From Angustibacter luteus (lineage in GTDB: Bacteria; Actinomycetota; Actinomycetes; Actinomycetales; Angustibacteraceae), in contig NZ_BAABFP010000004.1 of NCBI RefSeq assembly GCF_039541115.1, forward strand, positions 62,001 to 126,000: a stretch of DNA of 64,000 nucleotides, given 5' to 3'. Every line of letters begins with the position of its first letter. Positions within the stretch are counted from its first letter, which is position 1. The notes under the pieces are model-generated. The model was not told the origin of the DNA and searched no databases. It worked only from the letters and a program-made list of their open reading frames with translations. Below are positions 56,457 to 64,000 of the stretch, piece by piece. Made by a program: the position numbers and the translations under genes.

Positions 56457-57239
56457 ATGCCCCTGCGTTCCGACCGCTCCTCGACGTCCGTCACGCGTCC
56501 CGCTGACGTGCGCGCACTCGGCGCGAAGCTGCGGCTGGCCCGGCGGGTGCTCGTGCTGACCGGCGCGGGGATCAGCGCGGCGAGCGGGCCGGCGACGTTC
56601 CGTGGCGCCGGCGGCGGCTACGAGGACGGCGAGCTGGCGTCGTTCCACCACGCCGACCAGCTGCCCGGCAGCCTCGACGCGCTGTGGGCGTTCTGGGGCC
56701 CGGTCCGCGCCACGGTGCGCGACGCCGCTCCGAGCCTCGGTCACCGGGCACTCGCCGCCTGGCAGCAGCAGCGGGTGGCCGACGGCACCGAGGTGACCCT
56801 GGTGACCGAGAACGTCGACGACCTGCACGAGCGAGCGGGCAGCGAGCGGGTGCACCACCTGCACGGCAACCTGTTCCGCAGCCGTTGCCTGGACGAGACG
56901 TGCGGATTCGCGTCCCACGACCAGGCCAGCCACGGTGGCGCGGTGCCGGTGTGCCCGCGGTGCGGTACCCGGCTGCGGCCCGAGATGGTGCTGTCCGGCG
57001 AGACCGTGGACGTCGACGCGTTGTGGGCCGCGAAGCGCTCGGTCCGGTACTGCGACGCGTTCCTCGCCATCGGTACGTCGGGTCAGGTGCACCCGGCGAG
57101 CGGGCTGGTGCGCTACGCGGAGGACGTCGGTGCGCTGACGATCTGCGTCGACCCCGGTCCGGCGGGCGGCTCGTTCCAGCACCACGTGGCACTGGCGGCC
57201 GACGCGGCCCTGCCCGAACTGCTCGGCGTCCCTGGGTAG
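56457..57239 (+). CDS. Sir2-family NAD-dependent deacylase (divergent); start uncertain
   Basis: TGAGISAASG, TENVDDLH, HLHG, CxxxxC..CPRC, GTSG. Confidence 0.88.
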   Translation: MPLRSDRSSTSVTRPADVRALGAKLRLARRVLVLTGAGISAASGPATFRGAGGGYEDGELASFHHADQLPGSLDALWAFWGPVRATVRDAAPSLGHRALAAWQQQRVADGTEVTLVTENVDDLHERAGSERVHHLHGNLFRSRCLDETCGFASHDQASHGGAVPVCPRCGTRLRPEMVLSGETVDVDALWAAKRSVRYCDAFLAIGTSGQVHPASGLVRYAEDVGALTICVDPGPAGGSFQHHVALAADAALPELLGVPG

Positions 57240-57269
57240 TGCTGTCAGCCGCGGGGTAGCGTCGCTCGG

Positions 57270-57665
57270 GTGAGTGACCTGACCGGGCCGGAGCTGGACT
57301 TCCTGCACCACGCCATCGACCTGGCCCGCGAGGGCCGGGCCGACGAGCTCGCGGCCCTCGTGGACGCCGGCCTGCCGGTGAACCTGACCAACCCGGCCGG
57401 GGACACGCTGCTGATCCTCGCGGCGTACCACGAGCACCCGGACACCGTGGACGCCCTCGTCCAGCGCGGCGCGGACACCGAGCGACAGAACGACCGCGGC
57501 CAGACGGCACTGGGCGCGGCCACCTTCCGCCGGCAGACGCGCAGCGTCGAGCTGCTGCTGGCCGCCGGCGCCGATCCCGCGGGTGGTGCGAAGAGCGCGC
57601 TGGACCTCGCCCGGTTCTTCGAGCTGGACGACATGGTCGCGCTGCTCGAGGCGCCGCGACCATGA
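57270..57665 (+). CDS. ankyrin repeat protein
   Basis: GDTLLILAAYH, GQTALGAATF, LLLAAGAD. Confidence 0.92.
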   Translation: MSDLTGPELDFLHHAIDLAREGRADELAALVDAGLPVNLTNPAGDTLLILAAYHEHPDTVDALVQRGADTERQNDRGQTALGAATFRRQTRSVELLLAAGADPAGGAKSALDLARFFELDDMVALLEAPRP

Positions 57666-58618
57666 GCCCTTCGCTCAGCCTGGGTGACGTCATGGCGGCG
57701 CGAGGCCGCATCGAGGGATCGGTGCGGCGCACCCCGGTGGCGGAGGTCGACCCGGCGGCGCTGGGCGTCGCCGGCGGCCCGGACCCGTTCTGGCTCAAGC
57801 TCGAGCTGCTGCAGCACTCAGGCTCGTTCAAGGCGCGCGGCGCGTTCAACCGGCTGCTCAGCGCACGGGAGTCCGGGCACCTGACGAGCACGGGAGTGGT
57901 GGCCGCCTCCGGTGGCAATGCCGGTCTGGCCGTCGCCTACGCGGCGGGAGTGGTCGGCGTCCCGGCCGAGATCCACGTCCCGACCACGGCGCCGGCCGTG
58001 AAGGTCGCCCGGCTGGCGGCGCTCGGCGCGCGCGTCGTCCAGGAGGGCACCGAGTACGCGCACGCGCAGGAGTCGGCATTGGCCAGCGCCGCCGCGAGCG
58101 GCGCGCTGTTCTGCCACGCCTACGACCAGCCGGAGATCTGCGCCGGGCAGGGCACCCTCGGGCTGGAGCTGGCGGAGCAGGTGCCGGACGTCGACACCGT
58201 CGTGCTCGCGGTCGGTGGTGGCGGGCTGATGGCCGGGGTCGCGACCGCGCTGGCCGGGCGCGCCCGGGTGGTCGGCGTCGAGCCCGAGACCATCCCGACA
58301 CTGCACGCCGCACTGGCCGCCGGTGAGCCGGTGGACGTGGACGTCAGCGGCATCGCGGCCGACTCGCTCGGCGCTCGCCGGCTCGGGTCGATCGCCTTCG
58401 AGGCCGCAACCGCGAACGACGTGCCCAGCGTGCTGGTGAGCGAGGCGGCGATCATCGAGGCGCGGGAGCGGTTGTGGCGCGAGTGCCGGCTGGTCGTCGA
58501 GCACGGTTGCGCCGCCGCGGTCGCCGCGCTGGTCGAGGGTGCGTACCGCCCGGACCCGGGTGAGCGGGTGGCCGTGGTGCTGTGCGGCGCCAACACCGAC
58601 CCGCGGGACCTGGGATGA
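57662..58618 (+). CDS. PLP-dependent threonine/serine dehydratase
   Basis: KLELLQHSGSFKARG, ASGGNAG, VGGGGL, CGAN. Confidence 0.92.
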   Translation: MSPSLSLGDVMAARGRIEGSVRRTPVAEVDPAALGVAGGPDPFWLKLELLQHSGSFKARGAFNRLLSARESGHLTSTGVVAASGGNAGLAVAYAAGVVGVPAEIHVPTTAPAVKVARLAALGARVVQEGTEYAHAQESALASAAASGALFCHAYDQPEICAGQGTLGLELAEQVPDVDTVVLAVGGGGLMAGVATALAGRARVVGVEPETIPTLHAALAAGEPVDVDVSGIAADSLGARRLGSIAFEAATANDVPSVLVSEAAIIEARERLWRECRLVVEHGCAAAVAALVEGAYRPDPGERVAVVLCGANTDPRDLG

Positions 58619-59208
58619 GCGCCGGGTCGGCAGGTCATCCCCTCGATGCGCGGATCGAGGCCCTCGTGGTCTCACCCGGCCACAACTACTGGTTCCACTC
58701 GCGCGATCCCGCTGACGGCGTCGGCCCGCACCCGACGAGCTATCCCGACCACGTCGACGTCGTGGCCGGACAGGGAATCCGCGGCGACCGCTTCTACGGC
58801 AAGGTGTCCCAGCTCGCCTCGGCCGTGAGCTTCTTCGCCGCCGAGGCGCTGGAGGCGGTCGAGGACGAGCTCGGGCTGACCGCCGGGTCGCTCGACCCAC
58901 GGTTGGCCCGGCGCAACATCGTCGTCCGCGGCATCGACCTGAACGCCTTGCGACACAAGACCTTCAGCCTCGACAGCGGCGATGGGCTGGTGGAGTTCGA
59001 GGCGAGCGGCGAGACCTCACCGTGCGCCTGGATGGACGACCGGCTGGCACCGGGTGCCCGGAATGCGCTGCGCGGGCGCGGTGGGCTGCGCGCCAACCCG
59101 ACGACGTCCGGCACCTTGCGGGTCGGCCGGGTCATGCTGGTCACGGACGCCCTGCAGGACCCTGCGCTGGCCGGCGCCCGGGTCCGCCGCCGCTCGCGCC
59201 TCCCCTAG
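58615..59208 (+). CDS. MOSC domain protein
   Basis: GIRGDRF, RRNIVVRG, PCAWMD, GRGGLRA. Confidence 0.88.
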   Translation: MSAGSAGHPLDARIEALVVSPGHNYWFHSRDPADGVGPHPTSYPDHVDVVAGQGIRGDRFYGKVSQLASAVSFFAAEALEAVEDELGLTAGSLDPRLARRNIVVRGIDLNALRHKTFSLDSGDGLVEFEASGETSPCAWMDDRLAPGARNALRGRGGLRANPTTSGTLRVGRVMLVTDALQDPALAGARVRRRSRLP

Positions 59209-59220
59209 GTCGCCCCCCCC

Positions 59221-59283
59221 CGCACCATTCGCGATACACGTGCTTTTCCGGGCTTCATAGCCACGGGTAGCGCGAATCGTGCG
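59221..59283. repeat. 63-bp palindromic dispersed repeat, copy 2
   Basis: 49/63 identical (hand count, ungapped) to 31841-31903. Confidence 0.85.
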
Positions 59284-59302
59284 GGGGTGGGTGGCGTCTG
59301 GC

Positions 59303-61453
59303 TTAGCGGAAGCGCCTGAGCCGCAGGCTGTTCGTCACCACGAACACCGAGCTCAGGCCCATGGCGGCACCCGCCACCATCGGGTTCAGCAGCCCCGCCA
59401 CGGCCAGCGGGATCGCGGCCGCGTTGTAGGCGAAGGCCCAGAACAGGTTGCTCTTGATGGTGCGCAACGTCGCCCGGGAGAGCCGGATCGCGTCCGCGGC
59501 CAGCACGAGGTCGCCGCGCACCAGCGTCAGGTCCGAGGCCTCCATGGCCACGTCCGTGCCGGTGCCCATCGCCAGCCCCAGGTCGGCGGCGGCCAGGGCC
59601 GCGGCGTCGTTCACGCCGTCCCCGACCATCGCGACGACGGCCCCTTCGGCCTGCAGGCGCTGCACCACGGCGAGCTTGTCCTGCGGCGTCACCTCGGCCA
59701 CCACGTCCGACCCGTCGACCCCCACCTGCGCGGCGACGGACATCGCCGTACGCCGGTTGTCGCCGGTCAGCAGGAGCGGCCGAAGTCCCAGCTGTCGCAA
59801 CGCCTGCACGGCTTGGGCTGAGGTGTCCTTCACCGCGTCGGCGACGACCACCAGCCCCTGCGCGGCGCCGTCCCAGGCGACCCAGACGACCGTGCGCCCC
59901 TGCTGCTCGGCGCGGTCGGCCGCGGCGAGCAGCTCGTCGACCACGCCGACGCCGCCCTGCTCGAGCCAGGACCGCCGCCCGACCCGGACATCGCGTCCCT
60001 CGACGACGGCTTGCACGCCGAGCCCGTCCAGGCTGCGGAAGTCGGAAGCGACCGGCAGGACGCCGTCTCGCGCCGCGGCCTCCGCGAGCGCCCGGGCGAT
60101 CGGGTGGGCCGAGCCGTGCTCGGCCGCGCCGGCCAGCCGCAGCAGCTGCGCCGCGGACCTACCCGGCCCGGCGACGACGTCCAGCACCTGCATGTGGCCG
60201 GTGGTGACGGTCCCCGTCTTGTCCAGCACGACGGTGTCGACCCGGCGGGTGGACTCGAGCACCTGCGGGCCCTTGATCAGGATGCCGAGCTGGGCGCCGC
60301 GGCCGGTGCCGACCAGGAGCGCCGTGGGCGTGGCGAGGCCGAGCGCGCACGGACAGGCGATGACCAGCACGGAGACCGCGGCGGTGACCGCCTCGGTGGC
60401 GGAGCCGCCGACCAGCAACCAGCCGACGAAGGTCAGGACGGCGACCACGAGCACCAGCGGGACGAACACCGCTGAGACGCGGTCGGCGAGCCGCTGCACG
60501 TCGGCCTTCCCGCTCTGCGCCTGCTCGACCAGGCGGGTCAGCTGGGCGAGCTGGGTATCGGCGCCGATCCTGTTGGCGCGCACCGTGATCCGGCCGCCGG
60601 AGTTCACCGTGGCGCCCACGACGTCCGTGCCCGGCCCGACCTCGACGGGCACCGGCTCACCGGTCAGCATCGACGCGTCCACCGCGCTGGTGCCGTCGAC
60701 CACGACCCCGTCGGTGGCCACCGACTCCCCCGGCCGCACCACGAAGAGGTCGCCGACGGCCAGGTCGGCTACGGGGATCCGCACCTCGTCACCGTCCCGC
60801 AGGACGGCGACGTCCTTCGCGCCCAGGCCGATCAGGGCGCGCAGCGCGGCGCCCGAGCTGCGCCGGGCGCGCGCCTCGGCGTACCGACCGGCCAGCAGGA
60901 AGACGGTGACCACGGCGGCGACCTCGAGGTAGCTGTCCGCGCCGAGCCACCAGCCGAGCACCGACCAGGTCGTGGCCACGACGACGCCGAGGCTGACGAG
61001 GGTGTCCATGGTGGCGGCGCCGTGCCGGGCGTTGGTCCAGGCGGCCCGGTGGAACGGCCACGCGCCCCACGTGACGACCGGCACGGCCAGGGCGAGCGCC
61101 ACCCACCGCCACCCGGGCACGTGCAGCGCGGGGATCATCGACAGCAGCGTCACCGGCACGGCCAGCGCGGCCGAGACGACCAGTCGACGGCGCAGCTGCT
61201 GCGTCTCGGCGTCCGCGTCGTCGCCCGGCGCCACCGGCTGCTTGGTCTGCGCGTGGTAGCCGGTGGCCTCGACGACCCGGACGAGCTCAGCGGTGCTCAC
61301 CCCGGCCGGCGCGGCGACGCTGGCGGTCGCGGTCGCGTAGTTGACGGTCGCGACGACGCCGTCCACCTTGTTCAGCTTCTGCTCGATGCGGGTGGCGCAC
61401 GAGGCGCAGGTCATCCCCTCGATGCTCAGCTCGACCGCGCTCATCGTCGACAC
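59303..61453 (-). CDS. copA: copper-translocating P1B-type ATPase
   Basis: [34 protein letters not shown] and MGLSS. Confidence 0.95.
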   Translation of the reverse strand: MSTMSAVELSIEGMTCASCATRIEQKLNKVDGVVATVNYATATASVAAPAGVSTAELVRVVEATGYHAQTKQPVAPGDDADAETQQLRRRLVVSAALAVPVTLLSMIPALHVPGWRWVALALAVPVVTWGAWPFHRAAWTNARHGAATMDTLVSLGVVVATTWSVLGWWLGADSYLEVAAVVTVFLLAGRYAEARARRSSGAALRALIGLGAKDVAVLRDGDEVRIPVADLAVGDLFVVRPGESVATDGVVVDGTSAVDASMLTGEPVPVEVGPGTDVVGATVNSGGRITVRANRIGADTQLAQLTRLVEQAQSGKADVQRLADRVSAVFVPLVLVVAVLTFVGWLLVGGSATEAVTAAVSVLVIACPCALGLATPTALLVGTGRGAQLGILIKGPQVLESTRRVDTVVLDKTGTVTTGHMQVLDVVAGPGRSAAQLLRLAGAAEHGSAHPIARALAEAAARDGVLPVASDFRSLDGLGVQAVVEGRDVRVGRRSWLEQGGVGVVDELLAAADRAEQQGRTVVWVAWDGAAQGLVVVADAVKDTSAQAVQALRQLGLRPLLLTGDNRRTAMSVAAQVGVDGSDVVAEVTPQDKLAVVQRLQAEGAVVAMVGDGVNDAAALAAADLGLAMGTGTDVAMEASDLTLVRGDLVLAADAIRLSRATLRTIKSNLFWAFAYNAAAIPLAVAGLLNPMVAGAAMGLSSVFVVTNSLRLRRFR

Positions 61454-61455
61454 CT

Positions 61456-61689
61456 TCAGCGCGCCGCGAGCCGGTAGTCGCCGGCCTCGTCGAGCGCCGC
61501 CACGACGTCCGCTCGCGCCGGCTCCGACGTCCCGAGGACGGTCACGGACGACGTCCCGCCGGCGACCAGGTCGACGTCCACGCGGGTGACACCGGGCAGC
61601 GCCGACAGCTCCTCGCGGACGGCGGCAGCGCAGTGCGCGCAGGTCAGCCCGGTGACCGCGTACGTGCTGGTGCTCGTGACCGTGCTCAC
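61456..61689 (-). CDS. copZ: copper chaperone (HMA domain)
   Basis: GLTCAHC. Confidence 0.92.
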   Translation of the reverse strand: MSTVTSTSTYAVTGLTCAHCAAAVREELSALPGVTRVDVDLVAGGTSSVTVLGTSEPARADVVAALDEAGDYRLAAR

Positions 61690-62018
61690 GAGCGCACCAG
61701 CCGGGCGATCGCGTCGGACGCCTCGCGCAGCTTCGTGTCGCGCTCGTCGCCGCCCGCGGCCACGGCGTCCACCACGCAGTGCGACAGGTGCTCGTCGAGC
61801 AGCCCGAGGGCCACGGCCTGCAGCGCCTTGGTCGCCGCGGACACCTGCGTGAGCACGTCGATGCAGTACTGGTCCTGCTCGACCATGCGCGCGATGCCGC
61901 GGACCTGCCCCTCGATCCGGCGCAGCCGCTTGAGGTGGGCCTGCTTGGTCTCGCTGTACCCCGGCAGGGCGGGGACGTCGTCCGGCTGGTCGAGGAGGGT
62001 CGCGTCGATGTCGCTCAT
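61686..62018 (-). CDS. csoR: copper-sensing repressor
   Basis: [24 protein letters not shown]. Confidence 0.95.
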   Translation of the reverse strand: MSDIDATLLDQPDDVPALPGYSETKQAHLKRLRRIEGQVRGIARMVEQDQYCIDVLTQVSAATKALQAVALGLLDEHLSHCVVDAVAAGGDERDTKLREASDAIARLVRS

Positions 62019-62024
62019 GTGCAC

Positions 62025-62044
62025 ACTATACCCCCTACCCGTAT
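62025..62044 (-). promoter_or_regulatory. CsoR operator overlapping a TATAGT -10 box
   Basis: ATAC-CCCCTACCC-GTAT (62028-62044); TATAGT 6 nt before the csoR ATG. Confidence 0.8.
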
Positions 62045-62063
62045 GGGGCACCCAGCAGGGGGC

Positions 62064-62116
62064 TTGCTCACCCCGGACCGCTGAACCCGTCTGCGGCGGC
62101 GGCCGGGGGTGAGCAA
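62064..62116. repeat. intergenic hairpin between divergent genes
   Basis: TTGCTCACCCC...GGGGTGAGCAA. Confidence 0.6.
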
Positions 62117-62157
62117 ACCGGCGTGAGATGAGCAACAGGGGCGAAGGGGTTGCGCGT

Positions 62158-62198
62158 GTTACCGACGAGTAGCATCATGGGAGTTACTGGCGGGTAAC
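62158..62198. promoter_or_regulatory. two GTTAC-N6-GTA(A/G)C palindromes upstream of the acyl-CoA dehydrogenase
   Basis: 62158-62173 and 62183-62198, 25-bp period. Confidence 0.65.
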
Positions 62199-62235
62199 AC
62201 TGCCCGCACGCGCCTCACCTGGAAGGACCCGCGTC

Positions 62236-64000
62236 ATGGGCCACTACAAGTCCAACGTCCGCGACATCGAGTTCACCCTGTTCGAGGTGCTCGGGCGCCA
62301 GGAGCTGCTGGGCCAGGGCCCGTACGAGGACATCGACACCGACACCGCCCGCGAGATGGTGCGTGAGGTCGCCCGGCTGGCCGAGAACGAGCTCGCAGAG
62401 AGCCTGCTCGACTCCGACCGCAACCCGCCGGTGTACGACCCGAAGACCTACGAGGTGACGGTCCCGGCGGCCTTCCGCAAGAGCTACCAGGCGTACCTGG
62501 ACGCCGAGTGGTGGCGGACCGACATCCCCGCCGAGCTCGGCGGCACCGTCATCCCGCCGTCGCTGCGCTGGGCCATCGCCGAGCTCGTCCTCGGCTCCAA
62601 CCCGGCCGTGCACATGTACTCCGCCGGCTTCGCCTTCGCCAAGGTGCTCTACGCCCTGGGCACGGACGACCAGAAGACCCTCGCCCAGCACCTGGTGGAC
62701 CAGCACTGGGGCGCCACGATGGTCCTCACCGAGCCGGACGCCGGATCGGACGTCGGCGCCGGCCGCACCAAGGCCGTGCAGCAGCCCGACGGCACCTGGC
62801 ACATCAGCGGCGTCAAGCGCTTCATCACCAGCGCCGAGGCCGACTTCTACGACAACGTCGTGCACTTCGTGCTGGCCCGCCCCGAGGGCGCCGGCGCCGG
62901 CACGAAGGGCCTGAGCCTGTTCATCGTGCCGAAGTACCACGTCGACCTCGAGACCGGCGAGAAGGGCGAGCGCAACGGCGCCTTCGTCACCAACGTCGAG
63001 CACAAGATGGGCCTCAAGGTCTCCACCACCTGCGAGGTGCGCTTCGGCGAGGTCGACGGCATCCCCGCGGTCGGCACCCTGCTCGGCGAGGTGCACGACG
63101 GCATCGCGCAGATGTTCAAGATCATCGAGTTCGCCCGGATGATGGTCGGCACCAAGGCGATCGCCACGCTGTCCTCCGGCTACCTGAACGCGCTCGACTA
63201 CGCAAAGGAGCGCGTCCAGGGCGCCGACCTCACCCAGATGACCGACAAGGCCGCGCCGCGGGTGACCATCACGAACCACCCGGACGTCCGCCGCTCGCTC
63301 ATGCTGCAGAAGGCCTACGCCGAGGGCCTGCGCGCGCTGGTGCTGTTCACCGCCAGCCAGCAGGACACCGTGGACGTCGCCGGCCAGGCGGCCGGTGGCA
63401 GCGAGGACTTCGAGGCCGGCTCGGCCGCCGACATGGCCGTGCGGGTCAACGACCTGCTGCTGCCGCTGGTCAAGGGCTGCGGCTCGGAGCGCGCGTGGGT
63501 GCTGCTGGGCACCGAGTCGCTCCAGACGTTCGGCGGGTCCGGCTTCCTGCAGGACTACCCGATCGAGCAGTACGTCCGCGACTCCAAGATCGACAGCCTG
63601 TACGAGGGCACCACCGCGATCCAGGGCATGGACTTCTTCTTCCGCAAGATCGTGCGGGACAAGGGCCAGGCGCTGGGTCACCTGGCGACCCAGATCCAGG
63701 AGTTCGCCAAGGGCGGCGGCGGCGACCTGGGCACGGAGCGCGAGCTGCTGGGCAAGGCCCTCGAGGACGTGCAGGGCATCGTCGGCACGATGGTCGCCGC
63801 GCTGATGTCCTCGGACCCGCGCCAGGACGGCGACATCGCCAACATCTACAAGGTCGGCCAGAACACCTCGCGGCTGCTGCTCGCCACCGGCGACCTCGTC
63901 GTCGGCTGGCTGCTGCTGCGCCAGGCCGAGGTGGCCGCCGAGGCCCTGAAGGGTGAGGTGTCGACGTCCGACCACGCGTTCTACACCGGCAAGGTCGCCG
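62236..64000 (+). CDS. acyl-CoA dehydrogenase (FadE5-like), runs off the window end
   Basis: [49 protein letters not shown]; absent from the ORF track because no stop lies in the window. Confidence 0.95.
   Translation, partial: MGHYKSNVRDIEFTLFEVLGRQELLGQGPYEDIDTDTAREMVREVARLAENELAESLLDSDRNPPVYDPKTYEVTVPAAFRKSYQAYLDAEWWRTDIPAELGGTVIPPSLRWAIAELVLGSNPAVHMYSAGFAFAKVLYALGTDDQKTLAQHLVDQHWGATMVLTEPDAGSDVGAGRTKAVQQPDGTWHISGVKRFITSAEADFYDNVVHFVLARPEGAGAGTKGLSLFIVPKYHVDLETGEKGERNGAFVTNVEHKMGLKVSTTCEVRFGEVDGIPAVGTLLGEVHDGIAQMFKIIEFARMMVGTKAIATLSSGYLNALDYAKERVQGADLTQMTDKAAPRVTITNHPDVRRSLMLQKAYAEGLRALVLFTASQQDTVDVAGQAAGGSEDFEAGSAADMAVRVNDLLLPLVKGCGSERAWVLLGTESLQTFGGSGFLQDYPIEQYVRDSKIDSLYEGTTAIQGMDFFFRKIVRDKGQALGHLATQIQEFAKGGGGDLGTERELLGKALEDVQGIVGTMVAALMSSDPRQDGDIANIYKVGQNTSRLLLATGDLVVGWLLLRQAEVAAEALKGEVSTSDHAFYTGKVA

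Noticed and set aside
56427..57665. Sir2-based anti-phage system (Thoeris/DSR-like)
   Set aside because: The protein is a zinc-binding CobB-type sirtuin, and no TIR, HerA or Argonaute partner is adjacent.

Overview
High-GC actinobacterial chromosome segment. Gene order and content suggest a Kineosporiales/Micrococcales-like organism (inference). The backbone is conserved: arsA-arsA-whiB4-ponA-yqeY-metallophosphoesterase-tRNA-Pro; ask-DUF5063-recR-dnaX...ffs-tRNA-Ser(GGA); tRNA-Ser(CGA)-tadA-upp; pntAB; csoR-copZ-copA; and a fadE5-like gene running off the right end. Accessory genes are inserted between these blocks: a gluconate cluster, an ECF sigma/YciI pair, flotillin/NfeD, cspA, LLM oxidoreductases, a SARP-MMPL-hemerythrin module and a sirtuin. 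I saw no integrase, transposase, prophage or CRISPR array. There is one assembly gap (N run, 49941-50004). The most notable observations are: (1) an orphan phage/eCIS tail-tube gene plus an unknown partner directly behind tRNA-Ser(GGA), with no sheath or baseplate genes; (2) a stand-alone 5'-3' exonuclease ending in a perfect beta-clamp motif (QLSLF); (3) a ClpX-zinc-finger/HTH mini-regulator with twin palindromic operators, coupled to an MFS gene behind tRNA-Ser(CGA); (4) at least three families of dispersed fixed-length intergenic repeats; (5) readable SARP, CsoR, ECF42-like and fatty-acid-regulator-like sites; (6) pervasive leaderless gene architecture. All calls come from manual reading and motif recall, without database searches.
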